Positions 27,914 through 37,669 are shown, counted from the first letter of the stretch. The stretch is 64,000 bases of DNA from Eubacteriales bacterium (GCA_045632925.1 JAZQXP010000057.1:1126-65125), one strand, 5' to 3'. The notes: generated from the sequence alone by a model not told the origin. Translations and numbers: made by a program.

Positions 27914-30125
27914 TGAGCTCACCTCCCGTCAGAGTCTTTTTGACGCTTCCTTCAAAGAGCTTGCTCTGCTGCTTTTGCGAAACGCGGAGCGCAATAAGAA
28001 GGAGACCCGCGCAGATCAGCGCGTACTGCCAACCGTAGAGATAGGTGAAATATCCGTTGAAGGTGGGCGACGAGAATATCAGCGCGGCGACTCCGAAGAG
28101 TGCGGCTGCCGCGGGGATCAGCGCGATCACCGAGCGCATATACATCGAGATCTTGATGACCGAGGTTCTGATACCCATCGAGCGCATGATTGCGATGTCG
28201 TTCTTGAAGGAAACTATCGAGCGCGATTGGCAAAGTCTGATGAAGAACGCGAGAGCGAGCACCCCGCCGAGCCATACCGCTGCCATAAGGAGCACGAGGA
28301 AGCCGTACGCGAATTTCTCAAAGGCGTCGGGCTCGAATTTGGTGTTCGAGAGAACTGCGATGTATCCGGAATCGAGGAGCTTATCCGCGGCACGTCGCGC
28401 CTCGGCATCGCTATTGAAGAGGAGCGAGAACTGCGAATAGTCGCGCTCGGCGTAGATATCCGCGAGCTTCTTGATGAGATCGATTCCGATCGTGCAGGCG
28501 TAGTAGCCGTCATAGTCGCGCATATCCTCGGGAAGCTCGTCGGCGATCTTATCGGCAGCGATCACGATCTCGCTGTCGGGGATCTCGGGCATACTGACGA
28601 CCGATTCGCCGCTCATATCGTAGCCGAGACCCTTGGATAAATAGATGCTGTCGCCGAGCTCGCGGCTGACAGATATATCATAGGAAGAGAATATGAACAT
28701 TCCGTCGCCTTCCGCGCTGTTCATCATGATCTGATTCGAGCTCTGAAGCAGGGCGAGGATGCGTGACATAGTATCAAAGTCGGATTCGGTGACGTACGCC
28801 TCGGGATCGAGGTTGTTGTCGTAAAAGTAGGAGATTCCGGTTACTGTGAAGGAGACGCTCTGGCAGTAGACCTTGGTCTCGCCGAGGATGACGTCCTCGT
28901 AATTCTTCTGCTCGGAGATCGGGAGCCTCAAAAGGATCTCGCCGTCCTCGTCGGGCAGAGTGCCCTCGAAGGAGCCGCTATGCTCGCTGACGGGGAGAAG
29001 ACGCCCGCCGAGGTCTCTGTAATAGTAAAAGTTGCCGGGTGTGTATCGGTTGATTATGGAAACCTTGTTGTCGAGAATGTAGTCACATTTGACGTAGCCG
29101 AGGGCTCTGTGCTCGTCGGCAAGCGATTCGATCTCCTCGACGGTAGGGATCTCGCCGTCTCGTCTGACGGTAACGAGTCGTCCCTTCTTGTAGTCGAACA
29201 TATCAAAGGAGAATTGCTCGACGATATCGCGGTCGAAGCAGATTGAGGTCATGAGAAATACGCCGAGCATTCCGACAGCCATGAGTAGGCAGGTGAAGAC
29301 CGCAAGCTTCGGGCGGGATGCGAAGACGTGTCCTCCGAGCGCGATGCCGTCCTTGAGATCTGCACCGAATTCTTTTGCGTTGAACTTCTTTTTCTTTGCG
29401 GGGATATATTCGAATTTCTTTTTCTCGGTTACCTTCTGTTCTGCGGGCTTTTCGCCGCGGTCGAATTCAACCGAGCCGTCAAAGATGCGTATGTGTCTCG
29501 TCGCGCAATGCTCGACCTCCTCGTAATTGTGCGTTACGATGATGAGGAGCTTATCCCTTGAGACTTCGCGCAGAAGGTCGATGATCTCCTTGGAGGTCGC
29601 TTCGTCGAGGTTGCCCGTGGGTTCGTCCGCGAGGATAATGGGGCTGTCCTTTGCGAGGGCACGCGCGATAACGGTCCTCTGCTTCTGACCGCCCGATAGC
29701 TTCGAGCCCTTCTGGCGGAGATGCTTTTCCATACCGACTCTCGTGAGCAGCTCGACGGCACGGCGGCGTCGCTCGCGGCGGTCCTTTATATGCATCAAGG
29801 CAAGCTCCACGTTCTGGAGAACGGTATAGCTTTCAAGGATGTTGTAATCCTGGAATATGAATGAGATGTATTTTGAGCGGTATTCCTCCCAATCGGCTTC
29901 GAGGTAATGAGAAGTAGGCTCGCCCTCGATATAAAGCTCACCCTCCTCGTAGCTGTCCATACCGCTGATTACGTTGAGCAGGGTAGATTTACCCGAGCCG
30001 GATGCGCCCGTGATTGCAACGAATTCGCCACGCTCGAAGGCAAGATCAACGCCGCGGATTCCGACAGCGACGCTTCCCTCCGAATAGTATATCTTACCGA
30101 TGCCCGAAAGCTTCAAAAGAGACAT
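27906..30125 (-). CDS. MacB-like ABC transporter (ATPase + FtsX permease fusion)
   Basis: GASGSGKS, LSGGQKQR, ADEPTGNLD, DIAIMRSMG. ATG 30125 after AAAGGAG. Confidence 0.9.
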   Translation of the reverse strand: MSLLKLSGIGKIYYSEGSVAVGIRGVDLAFERGEFVAITGASGSGKSTLLNVISGMDSYEEGELYIEGEPTSHYLEADWEEYRSKYISFIFQDYNILESYTVLQNVELALMHIKDRRERRRRAVELLTRVGMEKHLRQKGSKLSGGQKQRTVIARALAKDSPIILADEPTGNLDEATSKEIIDLLREVSRDKLLIIVTHNYEEVEHCATRHIRIFDGSVEFDRGEKPAEQKVTEKKKFEYIPAKKKKFNAKEFGADLKDGIALGGHVFASRPKLAVFTCLLMAVGMLGVFLMTSICFDRDIVEQFSFDMFDYKKGRLVTVRRDGEIPTVEEIESLADEHRALGYVKCDYILDNKVSIINRYTPGNFYYYRDLGGRLLPVSEHSGSFEGTLPDEDGEILLRLPISEQKNYEDVILGETKVYCQSVSFTVTGISYFYDNNLDPEAYVTESDFDTMSRILALLQSSNQIMMNSAEGDGMFIFSSYDISVSRELGDSIYLSKGLGYDMSGESVVSMPEIPDSEIVIAADKIADELPEDMRDYDGYYACTIGIDLIKKLADIYAERDYSQFSLLFNSDAEARRAADKLLDSGYIAVLSNTKFEPDAFEKFAYGFLVLLMAAVWLGGVLALAFFIRLCQSRSIVSFKNDIAIMRSMGIRTSVIKISMYMRSVIALIPAAAALFGVAALIFSSPTFNGYFTYLYGWQYALICAGLLLIALRVSQKQQSKLFEGSVKKTLTGGELND

Positions 30126-30368
30126 AATCAATCTCCTTTCATTTGTCTTTGTCTCTATTATATCACATATCATATTAAAATGAAATAGAAATATGATTAA
30201 AATTTTCTTAATGTGCGGGAATTGATTTAATTATATCACATAATTATCCCGATTTGCGAGATTTGGGATAAATAATATGTTTTTTGGGATAATTTAAATA
30301 AAAAGTGCAGAACGCTATGTTCTCCCTTGCGAAGGGAGATGTTCATAGTTTGAAATTTAAGCGCATAT

Positions 30369-30556
30369 CTCTCCCTCCACCGTCGTCAAGCGACGGTCCC
30401 CCTCCCTCCTCAGAGGGAGGCAAGGAGCTTGTGCTAACATAGAATACAGAGACATTATTAGCAAAATTTTATCAAGAAAGCTATGTTTGCACTTATAAAC
30501 CTCGCCTCCCTCTGAGGAGGGAGGGGGACCACGCGAAGGCGTGGTGGAGGGAGAGA
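30369..30556. repeat. Inverted doublet of GC-rich REP-like palindromes
   Basis: CTCTCCCTCCACC..GGTCCCCCTCCCTCCTCAGAGGGAGGC (30369-30421) and its inverse (30500-30556) around an AT-rich spacer. Confidence 0.85.
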
Positions 30557-30704
30557 GGATCTTAACTTCAAGCTCATATAGCTTCGTTCTTGTCACTCTT
30601 ATATCGGTAGCTCGAACATTAATCACAATTTCCCCCATTCATATTGACACGCGCCTTTCTCGGTGCTATAATAATCATATACTTGAAAAGAGAGGTATGA
30701 CCTT

Positions 30705-31628
30705 ATGAAAATATACGGCAGTATTGATGAGCTTATCGGCGCGACACCGATACTGAGGCTTGCGAAGACCGAAAAAGCCGAGGATGCGAAAGCCACGATA
30801 CTCGCAAAGCTCGAATATTTCAATCCCGCGGGATCGGCTAAGGATCGCGTTGCGCTGAATATGATAAACGACGCGGAGAAGCGAGGACTTATCAGTGCGG
30901 GCGCGACTCTTATCGAGCCGACATCGGGCAACACGGGAATCGGTCTTGCCGCTGTCGGAGTTCACAGAGGCTACAAGGTCATCGTCGTTATGCCCGATAA
31001 TATGTCGCTCGAGAGACAAAAGCTGATGAAGGCTTACGGCGCGGTGGTCATTCTGACTCCCGCTTCGGAGGGAATGAGCGGTTCTATCAAAAAGGCGAAG
31101 GAGATCGCGGCGAAAACGCAGAATTCCTTCATTCCAAGCCAGTTTGACAACCCCGCGAATGCGGAGGCTCATTATCTTTCGACGGGACGCGAGATATGGA
31201 ACGACACCGACGGCAAGGTTGACATTTTTGTCGCGGGTGTCGGTACGGGCGGAACGCTCACGGGTTCTGCGCGTTATTTAAAGGAAATGAATCCGAACGT
31301 AAAGGTCGTCGCCGTTGAGCCCGACACCTCGGCAGTTCTTTCGGGCAAGCCCGCCGGAGCACACGGACTTTCTGGTATCGGTGCGGGATTCATCCCCAAG
31401 GTGCTTGACCGCTCGCTCATTGATGAAATAATGACAGTTTCCGTCGATGAAGCGAAAAATGCCTGCCGTAATCTTGCGGCGAGAGAGGGAATTCTCGTCG
31501 GGATCTCATCGGGCGCGGCACTTTCTGCTGCAATCAAGCTTGCCAAGCTCGAGGAAAACCGAGGCAAGAATATCGTTGTTATCCTCCCCGACGGAGGAGA
31601 GAGATATCTCAGTACAGACCTTTTTTGA
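30705..31628 (+). CDS. cysK: Cysteine synthase A
   Basis: KLEYFNPAGSAKDR, EPTSGNTG, GVGTGGT, GISSGA. Confidence 0.96.
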   Translation: MKIYGSIDELIGATPILRLAKTEKAEDAKATILAKLEYFNPAGSAKDRVALNMINDAEKRGLISAGATLIEPTSGNTGIGLAAVGVHRGYKVIVVMPDNMSLERQKLMKAYGAVVILTPASEGMSGSIKKAKEIAAKTQNSFIPSQFDNPANAEAHYLSTGREIWNDTDGKVDIFVAGVGTGGTLTGSARYLKEMNPNVKVVAVEPDTSAVLSGKPAGAHGLSGIGAGFIPKVLDRSLIDEIMTVSVDEAKNACRNLAAREGILVGISSGAALSAAIKLAKLEENRGKNIVVILPDGGERYLSTDLF

Positions 31629-31665
31629 GTGCAGAGTTCAGAGTTAAGAATGCAGAGTTTAGGTA

Positions 31666-31701
31666 AAAAAACCTCAACCGCTTTGGCGGTTGAGGTTTTT
31701 T
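31666..31701. terminator. Bidirectional terminator
   Basis: AAAAAACCTCAACCGC-tttg-GCGGTTGAGGTTTTTT between convergent genes. Confidence 0.85.
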
Positions 31702-31704
31702 ATA

Positions 31705-33399
31705 TTAGTCGATAGTCATATCGATCTTGAATCTTGTGATCTTGCGGAGGGTGTTCTTGGGGAAGGGAGTGGTTCTGATCTTGAGAACACCGATCTTCTT
31801 ATAAGGAACGGCGGTCTTGTTGTACTCGTCGATGAAGGGCTTGATGTGAGCCTTTACGTCCTCAATGCCGTTTGCCTTGATATAGTCCTCGTCGGGGAAG
31901 ATCTCGGCGACGATCGCGTTGTGCGCGAGACCTCTCTTGCTCTGACCCTCGTAAACGACGATATCGAGAATGCCGGGGGTAGCGATGAGAGCGTTTTCGA
32001 TCTCCTCGGGATATACGTTCTTGCCGTTTGAGAGGATGATGAGGTTCTTCTTACGTCCGGTGATGAAGAGGATGCCGTCCTCGCGCTGCTTGCCGTAGTC
32101 ACCTGTGCGGAAGAAGCCGTCCTCGGTGAAGGCGTTAGCGGTTGCCTCGGGATCGTTATAATAGCCGAGCATTACGTTCGGGCCCTTGACGCAGATCTCG
32201 CCCTCGCCGTCCTCGTTGGGATCGAGAATGAGGATCTCATCGCAGTCAAGGGGAGTACCGATACTGCCCTGAACGTTGTTGAGCGAGCGGTTTACGGAAA
32301 CGATGGGAGCGCACTCGGTGATGCCGTAGCCGTTGAGAGTGGTGATGCCCATTGCGGAGAAGAAGTCGACGATCTCGGGGTTGATGGGTGCGCCGCCCGT
32401 GATGATCATCTTGACCTCGCCGCCGAATGCCGCGCGAACCTGCGCGAAGATCTTCTTGCGGAGGTCGATACCGATCTTGCACATACCGTTGCTGAGCTTG
32501 ATCATACGCTTGATAAGCTTTTCCTTGCCCTGGTTCTTGATGTTAGCCCAGATCTTGCGGTAGAAGGTTTCAAGATAGAGGGGAACGAGAACGAGATGCT
32601 CGGGCTTCTGCTCGGAGAGCTCCTTCGTGATGTAGCGGAGACCGCCCGAGATGAAGATCTCGGAGCCGATGATGGTGTGGCCAACGATCATAACCGAGGA
32701 ACCGAAGGTGTGGTGGGGAGGAAGAACGCCGACGGTCTTGTCACCGAAGTCGATGTAGGGAATAACCGTGGTCATGTCCGAGAGAACTGCGTTCTGCGAA
32801 AGCATAACTCCCTTGCCCTTGCCCGTGGTTCCCGATGTGAAAACGAGAAGCGCGAGAGCGTCGGGATCGATTTCTGCGTGGTAGTAGGGATCGGGATTAT
32901 GCTCAAACTTCGGCTTACCCGCACGCATAGTTGCGCGGAGGTTGCGCTCGGTCTCCTTAGCCGCAAGGTAAACGGGCTCTGCCTCGAGCTTTACTGCGGA
33001 TGCGATGTGCTCTGCCTTAGCCTTGATATCCTCGTCGCAGAAGAGGAAGGATGCGCCTGCCTTCTGAACGGTGTCGGCAAGGTCCTCGGGCTGCCATTCG
33101 GGATCAAGGGGAACGAGAACGCCGCCGATCGAGAGAACGGCATAGTATGTGAGTACCCAGTCGTAGCTGAACTTACCGATGATAGCGCAATGCTTGCCCG
33201 AGCAGCCCATATCGGAGAGCTCACAAGCGAGGGAACGAACGTCATCGCGGAGGCTCGAGAACTTGATCTTGGTGATCTCGGACTTTGCGGTGCGGCGGAA
33301 GGAGTATGCAATTCTGTCGGCATAGGTCTCGCCCGCGTACTCAACGAGCTCGCGCATATTTGTGAAATTGAGTTTTTCGTGAAGCTGATACTTATTCAT
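31705..33399 (-). CDS. Long-chain fatty acid-CoA ligase (AMP-binding)
   Basis: FTSGTTGKGKGV, GYGITE, FRTGDYG, GRKKNLIILSNGKNVYPEEIE. Confidence 0.92.
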   Translation of the reverse strand: MNKYQLHEKLNFTNMRELVEYAGETYADRIAYSFRRTAKSEITKIKFSSLRDDVRSLACELSDMGCSGKHCAIIGKFSYDWVLTYYAVLSIGGVLVPLDPEWQPEDLADTVQKAGASFLFCDEDIKAKAEHIASAVKLEAEPVYLAAKETERNLRATMRAGKPKFEHNPDPYYHAEIDPDALALLVFTSGTTGKGKGVMLSQNAVLSDMTTVIPYIDFGDKTVGVLPPHHTFGSSVMIVGHTIIGSEIFISGGLRYITKELSEQKPEHLVLVPLYLETFYRKIWANIKNQGKEKLIKRMIKLSNGMCKIGIDLRKKIFAQVRAAFGGEVKMIITGGAPINPEIVDFFSAMGITTLNGYGITECAPIVSVNRSLNNVQGSIGTPLDCDEILILDPNEDGEGEICVKGPNVMLGYYNDPEATANAFTEDGFFRTGDYGKQREDGILFITGRKKNLIILSNGKNVYPEEIENALIATPGILDIVVYEGQSKRGLAHNAIVAEIFPDEDYIKANGIEDVKAHIKPFIDEYNKTAVPYKKIGVLKIRTTPFPKNTLRKITRFKIDMTID

Positions 33400-33420
33400 A
33401 ATATAATACCCTTTCGGAAA

Positions 33421-34005
33421 TTAATTTACTCTTTTTAGTCCTTCAAGCAGGAAGGAGAAGCTGTATTTGAAATCCGCGATAGCCTTTTCCTTTGGCAGAC
33501 CGCGTGCGACCGCATCGGTGTTGTAGCCTCGGCAGAAGCACCAGATCGAGTAGGCGAGGATGTCCTCGTCGACATCCTTTATAAGCTTATGCTCTTTGGC
33601 GTAAACTATTAATTTTTTGATCTGATCCGTCCACCAGGCGCGGTTGAGCTCGCCGATAGAATCCTCCTCGAAGATGTACTGATTGAATTTCATCTTGACC
33701 TCGTAGGAGAAGAGAAGCGAGCGGCTGAGAACGTCCTTGACGTACTCGAAGAAATCGTCCTCGAGCTTTATCGGCGATTCAAATGCCGAATGGATCTTGA
33801 CGATCGTGTTGCGGTAAACGATATCGAGGACAGATTCGATATTTGGGAAGCGGTTGTAGAAAACGCGGTTTGAGATGTCGAGCTTGCGCAGTATCTGACG
33901 GACTGTCAGAGTCGCGGCGCCGCCCTCCATTGCGATCTCCTCAACGGCATCAATAATTTTCTGTGACATTTCGTCTTGGATAAGGCTTACGGCAGCCTCG
34001 GGCAT
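33421..34005 (-). CDS. TetR/AcrR family regulator
   Basis: LTVRQILRKLDISNRVFYNRF HTH; ATG 34005 after GAGGTG. Confidence 0.85.
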   Translation of the reverse strand: MPEAAVSLIQDEMSQKIIDAVEEIAMEGGAATLTVRQILRKLDISNRVFYNRFPNIESVLDIVYRNTIVKIHSAFESPIKLEDDFFEYVKDVLSRSLLFSYEVKMKFNQYIFEEDSIGELNRAWWTDQIKKLIVYAKEHKLIKDVDEDILAYSIWCFCRGYNTDAVARGLPKEKAIADFKYSFSFLLEGLKRVN

Positions 34006-34168
34006 AATATCACCTCTTTCGTAGAAAAACCGAGGATCAAGAGCCTCGGCACATGCTGTGCTGATATTATAGCACACCTTGTGCTGAATGTCAAGGGTTT
34101 GGATCAATATTTACTTTTTGTTCAAAAAGAGACAAAATAATGGCGGACACAAAATCCGCCATTATATT

Positions 34169-35011
34169 TTAATTATCAGTTGCTTCCGTAAATTCCTTCC
34201 GCGCCATATCCTGAAGAGAGCGGAGAAGTGCGGGGGCTTTACCGCCGACGGGCTTGCCGTCGATCTCATCTGCCGCGAGGCAGAAGGATCCGACGGAGGA
34301 GATGATGACCTCGTCCGCATCCATCATCTCGTCAAGAGTGAAGGCTTCCTCGGATACGGGGATGCCGAGAATGCCGCAATAGCGGATGAGATTTGCGCGC
34401 GCGATGCCGGGGAGGATGAGATTATCTGTCGGCGCGGTGCGGAAAACGCCATCCTTTATAATATGTACGTTCGAGTGCGCGCATTCGGTGACTCGTCCGT
34501 CGCGGTGGAAGACCGTCTCATCACAGCCTGCGAGGGCAGCCTTTTGCGAAGCCATGACCGAGGGGAGGAGATTGAGAGTCTTTATGTCGCAGTGCAGAAA
34601 ACGCGTGTCAGGCTCGGTGATGAGCTTGATCCTTGCGTAGACGTCCTTTACCTTCGTCGGACGCAGAATGACCCATACGTTTCCGCGGCTCATCTCGCCG
34701 TAAACGTGATTCCTCGGCGCGGTACCGCGAGTGACCTGAAAGTAAACGAACTGCTCGCCGTCATCGACCTGAGTTACGAGACGGCTGATGAGTGCGCAGA
34801 GATCCTCGGGCGTGTGCGGGATGCCGATGCCGAGCCTGTCGGCACTTCTGTAGAGACGCGCTACGTGCTCTTTGAGCTGCCAGACTATGTGGTTGCGCGA
34901 GTAGGTCGCATCGTAAACTCCGTCGCCAAAATAGCAAACGCGGTCGTTCATCGGTATTCTCATATCATCGATCGGCGAAATTTTGCCGTTGTAATAAGCT
35001 AAGTCCTTCAT
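34169..35011 (-). CDS. dat: D-amino-acid aminotransferase (PLP class IV)
   Basis: DRVCYFGDGVY, YFQVTRG, DIKTLNLL, TECAHSN, ILPGI. Confidence 0.88.
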   Translation of the reverse strand: MKDLAYYNGKISPIDDMRIPMNDRVCYFGDGVYDATYSRNHIVWQLKEHVARLYRSADRLGIGIPHTPEDLCALISRLVTQVDDGEQFVYFQVTRGTAPRNHVYGEMSRGNVWVILRPTKVKDVYARIKLITEPDTRFLHCDIKTLNLLPSVMASQKAALAGCDETVFHRDGRVTECAHSNVHIIKDGVFRTAPTDNLILPGIARANLIRYCGILGIPVSEEAFTLDEMMDADEVIISSVGSFCLAADEIDGKPVGGKAPALLRSLQDMARKEFTEATDN

Positions 35012-35149
35012 AATCCTGCCTCCGAAATTTATGTAAAGAGTTATTATCCTATATTAAAGTATATCACGACTCGGAGGAAAAGTCAAGCGAAAACAAAAAA
35101 CTCCGAAAAGGTGTTGACAAATCGGAGGAAATGTTATATAATATTAGCA

Positions 35150-35236
35150 GAGGGACACCGATGACGGTTGCCGCCTCTCTAAGTAGTTATAAGATAACCG
35201 CTAAGATGGCTAAACTTGGGCGGTTATCTTTTTTTG
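35150..35236 (+). ncRNA. Putative antisense antitoxin RNA of a type I TA
   Basis: TTGACA (35114) plus a -10-like box upstream; no good ORF. Ends at hairpin AGATAACCGC...GCGGTTATCT + T-run, which overlaps the 3' end of the toxin ORF. Confidence 0.55.
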
Positions 35237-35310
35237 TTTTTGAAACAGGCAATAATGGCAATCACGAGCATTGCGATCTTTATCAGATCATCCCATGTAA
35301 TGTAATCCAT
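35224..35310 (-). CDS. 28-aa hydrophobic peptide, putative type I (holin-like) toxin
   Basis: Below the ORF track cutoff: MDYITWDDLIKIAMLVIAIIACFKNKKR. Strong GGAGGTGG RBS; own TTGACT..TATAAT promoter at about 35446-35418; single TM plus basic tail. Confidence 0.7.
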   Translation of the reverse strand: MDYITWDDLIKIAMLVIAIIACFKNKKR

Positions 35311-35581
35311 AATACCACCTCCCTCCTTACGGAGGAAGGCAAAAAGACGACGCTTCCTCCGAATGAAAGGAAGCAACCGCCACCGAAATGGTGTCCCTGA
35401 GGGCTTTCGCCGAATTAATTATATCACACCTGGGCGGAAAAGTCAATGCCGATCGTCAAATTGTGTTGTGGTGATTGGTGCTTTTTTGTTCAACCCTACA
35501 AAAATAAAAACTACCATTGACAAAACCGAATTTTTATTATATAATATAATAGTATAAAAATTTACTCTAACGGAGGAAAAA

Positions 35582-36409
35582 ATGGATAACGCAAAGCTTC
35601 AGATGCTCAAAGAAACAGCCGTACAGATCCGTCTCGGCGTTCTTGAGGGCGTACACGCAGCAGCATCGGGCCATCCCGGAGGATCGCTCTCGATCGCTGA
35701 CATCATGACATATCTCTATTTCTCGGAGATGAACGTCAACCCCGCTGATCCCAAAAATCCCGACCGCGACAGACTCGTTCTTTCGAAGGGTCACACAGCT
35801 CCCGCACTTTACGCAGCTCTCGCAGAGAAGGGCTTCTTCTCTAAGGACGAGCTCAAGAATCTCCGCCAGGTCGGTTCCTTCCTTCAGGGTCACCCCGATA
35901 TGAAGGGCACTCCCGGTGTTGATATGACCACCGGTTCTCTCGGTCTCGGCGTTTCCGCTGCTTGCGGAATGGCTCTCGCGGCTAAGATCGACGGTAAGGA
36001 TTACCGTACATACGCTATCATCGGCGACGGTGAATCCCAGGAGGGTCAGGTTTGGGAGGCTGCTATGTTTGCCGCTCACTACAAGCTTGACAATCTCTGC
36101 TTCATTCTCGTCCTCAACGGTCTCCAGATCGACGGTAAGATCACCGAGGTTATGACCCCCACTCCCCACGACAAGAAGTTTGAAGGCTTCGGCTTCAACG
36201 TAATTCTTGCAAATGCTCACGATTTCGAGTCGATCGAGGCAGCTTTCGCCGCTGCTCGCGCTTGCAAGGGCAAGCCCTCGGTAATCATCGCAAATTCGGT
36301 AAAGGGCAAGGGCGTTTCCTTTATGGAAGATCAGGCAGGCTGGCACGGTTCCGCTCCCAACGACGAGCAGTACGAGCAGGCAGTAGCCGAGATCAAGGCA
36401 AGCCTTTGA
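35582..36409 (+). CDS. tkt: Transketolase, N-terminal subunit
   Basis: SGHPGGSLS, DRLVLSKGH, LQGHP, GDGESQEG TPP motif. Confidence 0.95.
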   Translation: MDNAKLQMLKETAVQIRLGVLEGVHAAASGHPGGSLSIADIMTYLYFSEMNVNPADPKNPDRDRLVLSKGHTAPALYAALAEKGFFSKDELKNLRQVGSFLQGHPDMKGTPGVDMTTGSLGLGVSAACGMALAAKIDGKDYRTYAIIGDGESQEGQVWEAAMFAAHYKLDNLCFILVLNGLQIDGKITEVMTPTPHDKKFEGFGFNVILANAHDFESIEAAFAAARACKGKPSVIIANSVKGKGVSFMEDQAGWHGSAPNDEQYEQAVAEIKASL

Positions 36410-36424
36410 TAGGAGGTAGTTAAA

Positions 36425-37366
36425 ATGGCACAGAAAATAGCAACAAGAGAATCCTACGGTAACGCGCTTGCGGCTCTCGGCGAGAAGTACGATTTTGTCG
36501 TTCTCGACGCTGACCTCGCGGCTGCTACAAAGACCGGCGTTTTCAAGAAGAAGTTCCCCGAAAGATTTTTCGACTGCGGTATCGCAGAGGGCAATATGAT
36601 GACGGTTGCGGCAGGTATCGCGACCACCGGCAAGCCCGTTTTCGCATCCACCTTCGCAATGTTCGCAGCAGGACGTGCTTTTGAGCAGGTTCGTAACTCG
36701 ATCGCATACCCCCACCTCAACGTAAAGATCGGCGCGACTCACGCGGGTATAACCGTCGGTGAGGACGGCGCAACACACCAGTGTCTCGAGGACCTCGGCG
36801 TTATGAGAACCATCCCCGGTATGGTAGTTCTCAACCCCGCCGATGACGTAGAGGCTCGCGCGGCTGTTGAGTGGGCACTTAACTACGTTGGTCCCGTTTA
36901 CATCCGTTTCGGCAGACTTGCAGTTCCGGTAGTATTCGACGAGGCTGATTATAAGTTTGAGTTCGGCAAGAACCTCACCGTCCGCGAGGGTACTGACGTT
37001 ACCATTATGGCAACAGGTACTATGCTTTACATGGCTATCGAGGCGGCTGAAAAGCTCGCCGAGGAAGGCATTTCCGCAAGAGTTACCAACGTACATACCA
37101 TCAAGCCTATTGATAAGGAAGACATTATCGAGGCGGCAAAGACCACGGGATGCATCGTCACCGCAGAGGAGCACAACATCATGGGCGGTCTCGGCGCGGC
37201 TGTTGCCGAGGTTGTTTGCGAGAACTGCCCCGTTCCTGTTCTCCGCGTAGGCGTTGAGGATAAGTTCGGTAAGTCGGGCAAGGTTCCCGCACTTCTCGAG
37301 GCTTACGGTCTCACCACAGAGAATATCGTTGCAAAGGCTAAGGCAGCTATTGCAGCTAAGAAATAA
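36425..37366 (+). CDS. tkt: Transketolase, C-terminal subunit
   Basis: GIAEGNM, GEDGATHQ, EEHNIMGGLG. Confidence 0.95.
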   Translation: MAQKIATRESYGNALAALGEKYDFVVLDADLAAATKTGVFKKKFPERFFDCGIAEGNMMTVAAGIATTGKPVFASTFAMFAAGRAFEQVRNSIAYPHLNVKIGATHAGITVGEDGATHQCLEDLGVMRTIPGMVVLNPADDVEARAAVEWALNYVGPVYIRFGRLAVPVVFDEADYKFEFGKNLTVREGTDVTIMATGTMLYMAIEAAEKLAEEGISARVTNVHTIKPIDKEDIIEAAKTTGCIVTAEEHNIMGGLGAAVAEVVCENCPVPVLRVGVEDKFGKSGKVPALLEAYGLTTENIVAKAKAAIAAKK

Positions 37367-37369
37367 TCT

Positions 37370-37401
37370 AAAAACGGCAAGCTTTCGGGCTTGCCGTTTT
37401 T
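37370..37401 (+). terminator. Intrinsic terminator
   Basis: AAAAACGGCAAGC-tttcgg-GCTTGCCGTTTTT. Confidence 0.85.
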
Positions 37402-37468
37402 AAGTGGACAGTGGTTAGTGGACAGTGGACAGAAAGATGCGGGCTGATATTTTTGCTTTGCAATAGCG

Positions 37469-37632
37469 GAAAAGTTTGATCAAACTTTTCAAAGTTTGCG
37501 GATTCTTAAGGCGGAGCCTTAAGTCGACCTCCGCAGAGGTCGAAACACTCCTTGCGCTTCAAGCGGGCGGCGTCCCTGCCGACCGCTTGGAAGGAGTAAA
37601 ATCTCCCCTTGTGGGAGATTTTTGCTCCTTCA
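37469..37632 (+). repeat. Structured dispersed repeat R, copy 4
   Basis: GAAAAGTTTGATCAAACTTTTCAAAGTTTG...CTTGCGCTTCAAGCGG..CCGCTTGGAAGGAGTAAAATCTCCC..GGGAGATTTTTGCTCCTTCA. Confidence 0.85.
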
Positions 37633-37669
37633 TTTTTTATTAAGCTGAAATTTCCGCGCCCTTTAAGAG

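Noticed and set aside
25010-27916. 968-aa plus-strand ORF (similar long antisense ORFs at 35567-37174, 42562-44043, 58553-60526, 60703-62211 and 54370-55413)
   Set aside because: These mirror well-supported genes codon for codon. This is expected from biased codon usage lacking TTA/CTA/TCA, and they have no RBS or motifs.
35131-35400. 89-aa plus-strand ORF
   Set aside because: It overlaps promoter, terminator and the minus-strand peptide that has a strong RBS; the region is better explained as a type I TA locus.
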